Part shown: piece by piece, positions 1 to 11,150 of the stretch
Layout of the letters: every line of letters begins with the position of its first letter
How positions within the stretch are numbered: position 1 is the first letter of the stretch
Assembly (NCBI RefSeq): GCF_964194155.1
Contig: NC_135894.1
Span: 89,280,001-89,344,000, forward strand
Length of the DNA stretch: 64,000 bases
Source of the DNA: Cetorhinus maximus
Taxonomy: Eukaryota
Direction of reading: 5' to 3'
Position numbers and translations under genes: made by a program
Notes under the pieces: model-generated
Seen by the model: the letters and a program-made list of their open reading frames with translations, nothing else
Databases searched by the model: none
What the model was told of the DNA's origin: nothing

Positions 1-589
1 CCGAGAAAGGGGGGCGGGGTTGGGGGGGGGGTGGGTGCCAGGTTTTGGAGGCTAGGTGGAGGCAATCTTTTGGGGTATGCACAGGGCATCCCTGCCTCTC
101 CCCCCTCCCCAACAGTGGGAGGTAACACTCCCACTATCCGCCCATCTGCCCATGTGACTGTATTATGGCATGGGTAGCATATTAATTGGGTCAACTGGCT
201 TGTGAACAAGCTCAATTGACCATCAATTATTTCTTTAAAAATGGCAGGCACGTTGCTGATTTCAGCACCCCTGCCCACCCACTATTTCATGGGAATCAGT
301 TCAGGGTTGGGCGGGCAGGTGACGGGCTAGACACCCATCATATTTTACATGTTTCCCCCCCACACCCCCACCACCAAAAATACACCCAGCTGGGGGGAGG
401 GGGACGTTAAACCCACCCCAATATCTTGTTCTGTTTTAGAACGCTGCAGGACTTAGAAAATGCTACAAAAGGTATCAGATGACCACAGCCAAGCTCATTT
501 TGTGAGACAATTTTGAATTTTTTTTTATATAAGTCAGTAAGGCTTGAATGAATCCTGTCAAAGCTTGCAGGCCAGTTGTTGAAAGAAAA

Positions 590-1110
590 GAAACAGCTTG
601 TGTTTCTATAGGGTCCTTCACGACCTCAGGACATTCCATTGCACTTTACACTGATGAAGTACTGTTTGATTGAGACGACAATCAGATCAGCCCTGATCTC
701 ATTGAACGGTGAAGCAGGCTTGAAGGGCCGAGTGGCCTACTCCTGCTCCTAAGTCCTATGTTCCAATAGACAGGGTGCCGTCACAGTTGTAGAAAATGTG
801 TCAGTCAATGTGCACACAGCAAGCTCCCACAAACAGCAATGAGTTAAATGACCAGATCAGCTTGTTATTTTGGTGCGGGTTAAGGGATAAATATTTGTCA
901 GGCCACTGGGGAGAACTTCCCTGCTCCTCTTCAAAAAGGTGCCATAGGATCTTTCACTTCTACCTGAGAAAGGGCAGATGCAACATTAATGTCTCATCCA
1001 AAAGGTGGCGCCTTTGACAGTGCAGCACTCCCTCAATACTGCCCCGGACTGTAGACTGTATTATCTGCTCAAATCTCTGGAATGGAATTTGAACTATTGA
1101 CCTTGCATTG
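590..1110 (-). mobile_element. tRNA-derived SINE with Deu-like core (SacSINE1/DeuSINE-type), interrupted by a CR1 3' tail at ~668-770
   Basis: Shares GAGGGAGTGCTGCACTGTC...GAAGAGGAGCAGGG...GCTGTTTGTGGGAGCTTGCTGTG and an L2-like tail with copies at 13205-13635 and 39610-40000. The family name is from recall. Confidence 0.7.
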
Positions 1111-1964
1111 ATATGAGGCGGTTTCTGTTTCGTTTTCAATGAGAATAGTGCGGTGCAACTAAGAAGTGAAGTTACCCAAACTGCATTTAAGCGGAGACCA
1201 TCTCGAGGAAGCAGTCTTGCTGTACTTTTAGCTCTGTACTGGCTGTGATATAGCTGCGAGCCAGGCATCTGCTGGTTACATGGGGCAGCTAATTGACGTG
1301 AGCCTTCTCCAGGAAAAAAAATAATCTCTTCATCCAATTGTTCCTATTAAAGTGTACAGTACAGTTAACAAAATTGGTGCCCCATTGCTATCTGGGGCAG
1401 TGGGGATGTCGGTGGGGGAGGGGCAATTCCCAATAACAAGATGCCCCATTAAGCAGTTTGCACGGCTTAAATATTCAGAAGGCAAGGAGGAACATTTCCA
1501 TGCCTTGTCACCTCGCAAGGAGGAGGCACTTTTCATCCCTGTCACTTGTCAAGCAGGCAACTCCTAAACAGAGAGCGGCAATGACAACTTGTGTCAAAAT
1601 GCACTGTAATTAAAGAACAGCTCCTTGGGAGCATCTCGTGGAGTCTGCATATTCTCCTGAGTACTGTGTTCTGACTTGGCCTGTGGCAAACAATACACTA
1701 GTCAGCCCATAACAACCTCAAGAAAATGTGTGTTTTGCAAAATCACCACCATTAACATTATAAACATGCAAGGAGAGTTACATGTGTATGTCCTAAGGAT
1801 ATCAGCTGCACAATTTCTCTTTTTGTAGGAAAAGGGAAATATTAAAGCCCAATCCTTGTATTCATGGCAACCCACTGAAGAAATAATTGAAGCCAGATTC
1901 CTCACATTCTAAAAGCCAACAGTTATTTCTTGAATACTGCGGCAAATCGTCCCTCTGCATTTCA

Positions 1965-2595
1965 CGTGATGACATCAACATCCTCGGACCAATCCTCTCC
2001 AGCTGCTTCATTAATGACCATTCTTCCATCATAAGGTCAGAAGTGGGGATGTTCGCTGATGATTGCACAATGTTCAGCACCATTCATGATTGCTCAGATA
2101 CTGAAGCAGTCCATGTCCAAATGCAGCAAGACCTGGACAATATCCAGGCTTGGGCTGATAAGTGGCAAGTAACATTCAGTGCCAGGCAATGACCATCTCC
2201 AACAAGAGAGAATCTAACCATTGCCCCTTGGCGTTCAATGGCATTATCATCACTGAATCCCCCATTATCAACATCCTGGGGGTTACCATTGACCAGAAAC
2301 TGAACTGGACCAGCCATATAAATACTGTGGATACAAGAGCAGGTCAGTGGCTAGGAATCCTGTTGTGAGTAACTCACCTCCTGCCTCCCCAAAGCCTGTC
2401 CACCATCTACAAGGCACAAGTCAGGAGCGTGATGGAATATTCCCCACTTGCCTGGATGAGTGCACCTACACCACATGGACTGCTGCAGTTCAAGAAGGCA
2501 GCTCACCACCAGCTTCTCAAGGGCATCTAGGGATGGGCAATAAATGCTGGGCCAGCCAGCGAAGCCCACATCCCATGAATGAATTTTTTAAAATT
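1965..2595 (+). mobile_element. CR1-group LINE family B, 3' fragment (RT C-terminus and tail)
   Basis: LGPILSSCFIND...VGMFADDCT...AWADKWQVTF; tail GGGCAATAAATGCTGG...CCCACATCCCATGAATGAAT. Confidence 0.9.
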
Positions 2596-3129
2596 ATAAT
2601 ATAATGATGTATTATATGTAAAGAAACTCAACACTGTCATGCCTGTTTCACAGGCATAAGACGATGATAGATTTGGCAGTAGGAAGGCCCAGGCCTGGCA
2701 CTGCTACTTTTAACGGTGAAAGCCTTTGTGTAAGGCGATTTATAAAGGTTAAGCTTAACTTCTTTGTCAGAATGTGATCCCAGAAACACTGTAAAACTTG
2801 GGAAATCTTGCCTGGCCCAGATACGGAACAGATTTGCAAATTGGCAATACCAAGAGATTTAGACTTGTTTAGTCAATGTAAACTGATAAGCCCAATAAAT
2901 AACCACAATCAGAAACTGAAGGCCATAAAAATAAATTGGTAAGAAATTCGGAATGCAATAAAGATAGAATGTGACCTATGCAGTTACTTTTAGCCAGTGG
3001 TCTTAATTATAAAGAATTAAAACATATTGCAGACTAATAAATTTTAAGAAGAACATCTCAAGGAAAGTTCAGTCCACAGTGCACGGAACAGTCATTGTGG
3101 TCCAGTATCCTGAGTAACACTTACAATAT

Positions 3130-3375
3130 GTCAGTTAAGGAATGTGGCAGCCACATTGCACACAGCAAGGTCCGGCAAACAGCAGCGTGAGAAATGACCA
3201 GATAATCTGTTTTTTAGTGATGCCTGTTGATGGATCAGCATTGGCAAGATCACTGAGAAGAACCACGCTATTCTTCTTCAAAAGTGTGATATGGGACCTT
3301 TCACCTGAGAGGGCAGACGGGGCCTCGGTTTAATGCCTCATCTAATGCAAGACGGCACCTCAGACCGTGCTCACT
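3130..3375 (-). mobile_element. Deu-like SINE fragment
   Basis: AATGACCAGATAATCTGTTTTTAGTGATG and CACCTGAGAGGGCAGACGGGGCCTCGGTTTAA are shared with the other copies. Confidence 0.7.
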
Positions 3376-4834
3376 AGCTCCCTCCCTGACTCCCTGTCCT
3401 TTGAGTGAATTAGGTCAGTGAAATGCCTCTCATCCATAATTTCACCAAAATGTCGATCCATGTACAAAAAAAGCGTTTTCCGTTTCTTTTTTTTAAAAAA
3501 CTGGCGCTTTCAACAGGAGAAATTTCAACCTCTACCACGGCCGAGTGAAGAGAAAAGGAACCTTCGTTCAGTTTTAGAGGAAAATTGTTTTCATGGAAAC
3601 TGTTTGGCAAGCCTTTTCGTGTTTGGACAATAGGAAGAGCCAAGTCATTTTCATCATAATGATCTGATGATGTGTTTCGGAGCAATTGACTCCAGAGTGT
3701 CATGTTTTCGTAAAACAAAACAATAAAAGATTTGCCAAGTTTTTTATCCCCCCCCATGAAGACACTTCCCTTCAAAGTGTCCAGCGACCGGAGAATGTAC
3801 CTGACCTTCTCGGAAGCAGACGAGATAAAGAAGACGATTGTCGTGGCAGCAAAATAAAGAGATGTTTATTTGTTTTTTTCATCACCCTTCAAATGCAAAT
3901 GGTAACTCACTGCTGCAGTTTATTAATATTTAACTGCTATTTTTAAAACGTGCAAATCTAATACTTGACAGCTTAAAATGGCATTTGAGTGCAAAAAATA
4001 AACGATTGCAGGAGCTGTTGCTGTCGCCACTAAAAACAAAACAAGTACGACACACAGATTTACAGAGAGCTGTCAGCGAGTGACTTTTCAGAAAGCCCAC
4101 TGGTTTCCAAAAGTCCCCCACAATCGTCGTGCAAGACCATCTGACAACCTTCCGTCACAAGCTCACATCTTCAATTCAGCACGGAAAGGCAATAAGACCC
4201 TCGTAATATTGCGTGTCAAAGAAAGGTCTGCCTGCATCGCCGCGGTATGAAAAACCAGTGAAGTTTCTAGAAAGTGCCAATTTACAGTATCTTCCCTTCT
4301 AATTTATGCTAATTTATTCCTTGGTGCGGATGGGCTTAATGTCCCATTGTAAGGTCTGGGACTGTTAAGCATTTTTCTTTTCTCTCTATTGCTGGCAAGG
4401 TTTTCAAAGAGAGGTAGAGCAAAAACTTTAGTCCCCAGACAATTAAAAGGAGAATATTCCTAAACAGCCCAGTGGAATCTAAAGATTATTTCGCCATTGG
4501 AGAAAGGTTGAATTATTCATAGTGGGCTGCAGGCTGAAGTTAGTTAATTAGGCCTTTCTCACAAATGAGATAACCTTCAGATTTCATTCAGCTCCGCTTG
4601 CGATCCACTTTATTACCTATCAGAAGGACAATTTTATTTAAACTACCAATTACAAATTTCCAACAAAAAAAACCCCCAAGTAAAATATTTAAAGAGTGTG
4701 CGGCTGCTAACCCTGAACCCTTTCTTCACCCACCAGAAAATACAATTAAAAACAAATTCAAATGGTTATTAAGAAATTTCACTGAACATCAAGCGGGAAT
4801 AAAAATTGCCTGACAGGTCGGTCAGCATGCTATG

Positions 4835-5978
4835 GACTCCCTCCCAGAAACATGATAGGGTCCCCCTTGTCCTCACTTATCACCCCACCAGCCTCCGCAT
4901 TCAAAGGATCATCCTCCGCCATTTCCGCCAACTCCAGCATGATGCCACCACCAAACACATCTTCCCCTCACCCCCACCCCCGGCGGCATTCCGCAGGGAT
5001 CGTTCCCTCCGGGACACCTTGGTCCACTCCCCCATCACCCCCAACACCTCAACTCCCTCCCACGGCTCCTTCCCAAGCAACTGCAGAAGGTGCAACACCT
5101 GCCCCTTTACTTCCCCTCTCCTCACCGTCCAAGGGCCCAAACACTTCTTTCAAGTGAAGCAGCATTTCACTTGCACTTCCCTCAATTTAGTCTACTGCAT
5201 TCATTGCTCCCAATGCGGTTTCCTCTACATTGGAGAGGCCAAACGCAGACTGGGTGACCGCTTTGCAGAACACCTGCGGTCTGTCCGCAAGCATTACCCA
5301 GACCTCCCTGTCGCTTGCCATTTCAACACTCCGCCCTGCTCTCATGCCCACATGTCCGTCCTTGGCCTGCTGCAATGTTCCAGTGAAGCTCAATGCAAAC
5401 TGGGGGAACAGCACCTCATCTACCGACTTCCGGACTGAATATTGAGTTCAACAATTTTAGATCATGAACTCTCTCCTCCATCCCCACCCCCTTTCCGATC
5501 CCCCCCTTTTTTTTCCAATAATTTATACAGATTTTTCTTTTCCCACCTATTTCCATTATTTTTAAATGTATTTCCATCCATTGTTTTATCTCTGCCTTTT
5601 AACCTCTCTCGATTCCTTCACCCCATCCCACCCCCACTAGGGCTATCTGTACCTTGCTCGTCCTGCTTTCTACCCTTAATTAGCACATTCCTTAAATAAT
5701 ATCACCACCTTCAACACCTCTTTGTCCTTTTGTCTGTGACATCTTTTGGTTAGCTCCATCTATCACTGGCCCTCTATCCAGCTCTACTTGTCCCACCCCA
5801 CCCTTAAACCAGCTTATATTTCACCTCTCTTCTATTTTTACTTAGTTCTGTTGAAGGGTCATTCGGTCTTGAAACGTTAACTGTGTTCCTCTCTGCAGAT
5901 GCTGCCAGACCTGCTGAGTTTTTCCAGGTATTTTTGTTTTTGTTTTGGATTTCCAGCATCCGCAGTTTTTTGCTTTTA
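4835..5978 (+). mobile_element. Penelope-like retroelement family P1, 5'-truncated (GIY-YIG endonuclease, 3'UTR, hammerhead-like tail)
   Basis: ORF 4806-5438 contains NLVYCIHCSQCGFLYIGEAKRRLGDRFAEHLRSV (GIY-YIG-type) preceded by a CxRCxTC motif. Tail GATGCTGCCAGACCTGCTGAGTTTTTCCAG. Confidence 0.9.
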
Positions 5979-6179
5979 GCTTAGATAAGGGTCTGGTGAC
6001 AATGGAGCAGTGGCTGTGGTGCCCATCCACAATCTTATTCCTGATGCTTGGCTGCAATATAGATTGTCAGACACCTGGAAGAGAGCTCTGCACCTGTGGG
6101 CTTACAGGCATGCACAGAATTGCTCTCCCAGATGTTGAATTCTGCATATATTGAGGCCTACACTTTAGATGAATTTGTA

Positions 6180-6432
6180 TCAGCTGTGGGTCGGGGTGTA
6201 CCATGTTCACCTCTGAGTCAGAAGGTTTTGGGCTCCAGTCTCACTCGACTATAAAATCCAGACTGACACTCTCAGTGCCGTACCGAGGGACTGCGACACT
6301 GTCAGAACAGCTGTCTTTTGAAGGAGACATTAAACAGAGGTCCCCAATTTCCCTCTCAGGTATTAAAGATTCCATAGCCGTATTCGAAGAAGAGCAGAAG
6401 AGTTCTCCCTGGTGTCCTGGCCAACATTTATC
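6180..6432 (+). mobile_element. Deu-like SINE, 5' half (continues at ~8560-8745)
   Basis: tRNA-like head and core end at CCTGGCCAACATTTATC. The consensus continuation ATCC..CA..AACATCACTAAAACAG resumes at ~8560. Confidence 0.75.
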
Positions 6433-8378
6433 ATACAAACATACATACGAATTAGGAGCAGGAGTAGGCCATTTGGCCCCTCGAGCCCGCTCCGCCATTC
6501 AATAAGATCATGGTTGATCTAATTATGGCCTCAACTCCACTTTCCTTCCTACCCCCTATACCCTTTGATACCCTTTTCAATCAAGGATCTACCTATGTCA
6601 GCTTTAAAAATATTCAGTGACCCTGCCTCCACACTCTGGGGAAGAGAGGCCCACCGACTTAGGACCCTTCGAGAGTTCCACTGACTTACAACCTCTCCAT
6701 CTTAAATGTTCTACTTATGGTCTCTCCCACAAGGGGAAACACTCTTTCAGCATCCACCCTATCAAGTCTCCTCAGGATTTTGTATGTTTCAAGAAGATCA
6801 CCTCTCATTCTTCTAAACTCCAATGGATACAGGCCCAACCTGTCCAACCTTTCCTCGTAGGATAACCCCCATTTCAGGAATCAGTCGAGTGAACCTTCTC
6901 TGAACTGCGTCGAATGCAATTATGTCCTTTTGTAAAAAAAGGAGACTAAAACTGTACACAGTACTCCTGATGTGGTCTCACCATTACCTGATACAACTGG
7001 AACAAAACACCTCTATTTTTATATTCCATTTCCCTTGCAATAAACAATAAAATTCCATTTGTCTTCCTTGTCACTTGCTCTACCTGCATACTAACTTCCT
7101 GTGATTCATGCACTAGAGCACCCAGATCCCTCTGTACCGCAGAGTTCTGCGATCTCTTCCCATTTAAATAATATGCTGCTTTTCTATTCTTCCTGCCAAA
7201 GTGAACAAGTTCATATTTTCCTACATTACACTCCACCTGCCAAATCTTTGCCTATCTATATCCCTTTGCAGGCTCCTTATGTCCTCATCACAACTCACCT
7301 TCCTACCTTTCTTTAGTCGTGTGGTAGTACAGAATTTGAGTATTGCTGAAAAAAAGAGAGACTTTTTTTGTCAAAGCTTTTCACCTTGCACTCATCAGGA
7401 CAATTGGCATTTTCTTGTAAATTGTCCTGATGACTGCAAGACGAAAAGCTTTGACAAAAGAAATCTGTTTTTGTCATCAGCAAATTTATACATTTGATCC
7501 TATCATTCAAGTCATTAATATAGATTGTGAATAGTTGAGGTCCCAACACTGATCCCTGTGATACTCCACTTTCTACATCTTGCCAACCCAGAAATGACCC
7601 ATTTATACCTACTCTCTGTTTCCTGTTAGCTAACCAACCCTCTATCCATGCTGATATGCTACCCCTACATCATGAACACTTTGGTGTGGCATCTTGTCAA
7701 ATGCCTTCTGGAAATCTAAGTGTACCACATCCACAAGTTCCCCTTTATCCAAGTTGTTTGCTACTTCCTCAACATGTTCTCATAAATTAGTCAAACATGA
7801 TTTCCTTTCACAAAACCATGCTGATTCCGCCTGATTGCATTGACATTTTCTAAGTGCCCCACTATAACCTCCTTAATAATAGATTCCAACATTTTCCCTA
7901 TGACAGATGTTAGCCTAACCGACTTGTAGCTTCCTGCTTTCTGTCTCCCTCCTTTCTTGAATAGAGGAGCTACATTTGCTATTTTCCAATCTGATGGGAC
8001 CTTTCCAGATTCTAAAGAGTTTTGGAAAATAAAAACCAATGCATCTACTGTTTCCACAGCCACTTCTAATAAGGCCCTAGGATGAAATCCATCATAGCTT
8101 GGGGGCGTGTCAGCTTTTAGTTGTAATAATTTTCTCAGCACTCTTTCCTTGGTGATTGTAATTGTTTTACATTCCTCCATACCCTTCATCTCTTATTTCT
8201 GGGATGTTATTTGTATCCTCTACAGTGAAGGCAGATGCAAAATATCTGTTCAATTCATCCACCATTTCCTTATTTTCCATTTTTAATTCCCCAGAATGAC
8301 TCTGTAGAGGAGCAATGTTCACCTTACTTACTCTTACGCTTTTCCTTTTTAAACGTTTGTAGAGACTCTGACTATCTG
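6433..8378 (-). mobile_element. CR1 LINE family A (HER1-like), 5'-truncated degenerate ORF2
   Basis: ORFs 7791-8189 (VPSDWKIANVAPLFKKGGRQKAG...NQHGFVKG), 7313-7549 (LGPQLFTIYINDL) and 6946-7236 (NVGKYELVHFGRKN); tail GGAGCAGGAGTAGGCCATTTGGCCCCTCGAGCC. Confidence 0.92.
7316..7468. mobile_element. Short Penelope family P2 insert with two inverted minimal hammerhead motifs, nested in CR1
   Basis: 7368-7403(-) and 7422-7457(+) both read TTGTC-CTGATGA-[G/C]TGCAAGRY-GAAA-AGCT-TT-GACAA. The same tail occurs at 23346-23440 and 35110-35165. Confidence 0.8.
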
Positions 8379-8477
8379 AAAAGCTTCAAAGTAATTTAAA
8401 GAAATCAGTGTAAGCTGCTGATGTTTTGTGGAATTGCATGAGGTACATGAGAATTGAGAAGTCGGAACTAAAATCAG

Positions 8478-8551
8478 TGCCCAAACAGGGACTTGAATTC
8501 TAGATCCTCAGATTGAGAGTCTAATGCTCTTACCAACTGAGCTATCTGGAA
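8478..8551 (-). pseudogene. tRNA-Lys(UUU)-derived pseudogene with anticodon altered to CTC
   Basis: Minus strand TTCCAGATAGCTCAGTTGGTAAGAGCATTAGACTCTCAATCTGAGGATCTAGAATTCAAGTCCCTGTTTGGGCA aligns to vertebrate tRNA-Lys-TTT (GCCCGGATAGCTCAGTCGGTAGAGCATCAGACTTTTAATCTGAGGGTCCAGGGTTCAAGTCCCTGTTCGGGCG). D stem intact; T stem and B box damaged. Confidence 0.85.
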
Positions 8552-8559
8552 TAACCTGG

Positions 8560-8745
8560 ATCCTTTCATTAACATCACTAAAACAGACCAGCAGGTCATT
8601 ACCTCATTACTGTTTGTGGGAGCTGACGTGCACAAACTGGCTGCTGTGTTTACCAAATCTCTACAGTGACCAAACTTCAAATGTACTTCACTGGCTGTAA
8701 AGTCATTTGGAAGACGGTGAAAGGTGCTATATCAATGCGAGTCTT
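8560..8745 (+). mobile_element. Deu-like SINE, 3' half
   Basis: AACATCACTAAAACAG...TGTTTGTGGGAGCT...GAAAGGTGCTATATCAATGCGAGTC tail. Confidence 0.75.
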
Positions 8746-8819
8746 AAAATTGGCAGGAGATCCAACAAGGGACTCCAAGCACTTGGCAAACCCAGCAAGA
8801 TAATGAATTGAACTGAAGT

Positions 8820-9900
8820 CGGGGATGGTATCATAGTGGTTATGTTACTGGACTAGTAATCCAGAAACCTGGACTAATGATCAACCACAGCAGCTGGGGA
8901 ATTTTAATTGAATAAATCTGGAATAAAAAGCTAGGATCAGTAAAGGCGATCATGAAACTACTTAATTGCTGTAAAAAACCCATATGGTTTATGATTATCC
9001 TTTAGTCCTTACCCAATCTGACTCACAGCAGCTATGTTTGACTCTTAACTGCCCTCTGAAATGGCCTAGTAATCCACTCAGTTGTATCAAACTCCTACAA
9101 GAAAGTTGAATAAGGGTGAAACCAGATAGACCACCCAGCCAGGACCTCAGCACAGACATAACAAAGGCACATTTGGCCCAGTTGACCCAAATGTTATTAA
9201 CATCTGGGAACTTGTGCCAGAATTGGGAGAGCTGTCCATAGACTATTCAAACAGCAGCCTGACATATCATACTCACAGAAGCATAACTTATAGCCATTGA
9301 CCAGTACAGCTACAACACTGGCAACGACATGGCAAAGTGGAAAATTGTCCAGGTATATCCTGTCCACTAATAGCAAGACAAATCCAGTCTGGCCAATTAC
9401 CGTCCTGGCAATCATCAACAAAGTTATGGAAGGTGTCATCAACAGTGCTATCAAGTAGCACTTGCTCACCAATAACTTGCTCTCTGATGTTCACTTTGGG
9501 TTCCAGCATGGTAACTCGATTCCAAACTTCAATAAAACCTGATCCAAACTTGTACAAAAGAGCTGAATTTAAGAGGTGTTGGGAGAGTGACTGCCCTTGA
9601 TATCAAGGCAGCATTTGACCAAGTGTGGCATCAAGGAGCCCTGGCAAAACTGGATTCAACGAGAACCAGGTGGAAAACTCTCCGCTGGTTGTAGTCATAC
9701 CTAGCACAGAGGAAGACGGTTGTTGTTGATCCCCCAGGGTAGTGTCCTAGACCCAACCATCTTCAGCTGCTTCATCAATAACCTTCCTCCCATCATAAGG
9801 TCAGAAGTGGGAATAGTCGCTGATGATTGCACAATGTTCAGCGCCAATCCCAATCCTCAGATAACAAAGCAGCCCATGTCTACATGTCACAAGACTTGCC
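8820..9900 (+). mobile_element. CR1-group LINE family B with tRNA-like 5' head, internally deleted
   Basis: Head GGGGATGGTATCATAGTGGTTATGTTACTGGACTAGTAATCCAG, then an APE N-terminus (NIW.LVPELGELS.RL.KQQPDI..LTE-like, ~9198-9280), then RT pieces (PQGSVLDPTIFSCFINN...ADDCT). Confidence 0.85.
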
Positions 9901-10419
9901 CAGAATCCGGCTCAACCCACCTCTGGGCTTTCACTGAAGGGAATGAACCTCAATCATGGTAACTGGCATTTTCTCTTCACAGACGCCGGCTGATTTATTG
10001 TATAATTCCAGCATTTTTAATTCCAGAGTATCTTTTGCCTTTTTCCTAAACTCAGGGTAAATAGTTGCAACACAAACACTGAGCACCCCAGAACTCCTGG
10101 TGCTATGGAGGGTGCTTCGACTGGTGCATTGGCAGGAGGGTTGGTGGGGGTGGCGGGGTTGTGGGAGAGAAGGTGGGACTTGGAAAGGAACTTCATCCAG
10201 CAAATCCATTTGAATGAAGGGACTATTCCGCTCAGTTACTCCCTCAAAAATGCTCACGTTCCATGTGCACTATAAATCCGCCCAAGCTATAAACCTGTAT
10301 CGACTGTTTCCATTTTGTGAAGTGCTCTGGGGTGATTCTTTTCTTTCCCATTCAATGCCTGTACAAATGCAAACTGCGATTGTGGTTGTGTACCTCTTTA
10401 TCATGTCAGGGTACCTAGC

Positions 10420-11150
10420 AGGGGAGGTCCTGTGGCGCAGTGGTCAGCGTCCCTACTTCTGGGCCAGAAGCTCTGGGTTCAAGCCTCACTTTAGGGCTTA
10501 ACGGCCAAGGAAAGTGAGATCGTAATGCAAGGTTGATTGTCAGCCTATAAATCCTTCCAATACACCTGATGGCAGGTCTTAAGAATGGGAGAGCTTCCTG
10601 GTTGCTTTCCTTAGAGCTGAGGGGTGATCCAATTGAAGTGTACAAAATTATGAAGGGCCTAGATAGGGTAGACAGTAAAGACTTGTTTCACCCAGCTGAG
10701 GGGTCAATTACCAGGGGGCATAGATTTAAGGTGATTGGTAGGAGGATTAGTGGGGACATGAGGAAAAGCTTTTTCATGTAGAGGGCGGAGGGCGTCTGGA
10801 ATTCACTGCCTAAGTTGGTGGTTGAAGCTGAAACACTCAACTCATTTAAAAAGGTACTTGGATCTGCATCTGAAGCACTGTAACCTACAAAGCTATGGAG
10901 CAGGTGCTGGAAAGTGGGTTTAAAATGAGCGGCTAGTTTCTTTTTCATCTTTTGCTGGCTGGCACAGACATAATGGGCTGAATGGCCTCTTTCTGGGCTG
11001 TAACTTTTCTATGGTTCTATGGTCAGCCATACTGCAGAAGGCAATAGCAAACCACTGCAGTACTTTGCCAAATATAATCATGGACCAATCCATGGTTGCC
11101 AATGCCCTCATAGGTCGTGGTACCTGAAGGAGGAGGAGTACCTAGTGGAT
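10420..11150 (+). mobile_element. tRNA-derived SINE with RTE-like 3' part, split by a CR1 insertion (~10612-11020)
   Basis: A box TGGCGCAGTGG, B box GGTTCAAGCC; 3' part GGCAATAGCAAACCACTGCAGTACTTTGCC...CATGGAC and a GAAGGAGGAGGAG tail. An uninterrupted copy lies at 48050-48340. Confidence 0.75.
10612..11020 (+). mobile_element. CR1 LINE 3' fragment
   Basis: LRGDPIEVYKIMKGLDRVD...TRGHRFKVIG; ends in TTCTATGGTTCTATG. Confidence 0.9.

Noticed and set aside
998-1012. CTCF-like CCAAAAGGTGGCGC
   Set aside because: Two core mismatches and lies within a SINE core.
4175-4192. REST/NRSE-like TTCAGCACGGAAAG
   Set aside because: Half-sites lack the canonical TTCAGCACC-nn-GGACAG spacing and sequence.
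4806-5438. 210-aa ORF as a host nuclease gene
   Set aside because: It is the 5'-truncated GIY-YIG end of a multicopy Penelope-like element, with homologues at 30655-30969 and 58853-60128.
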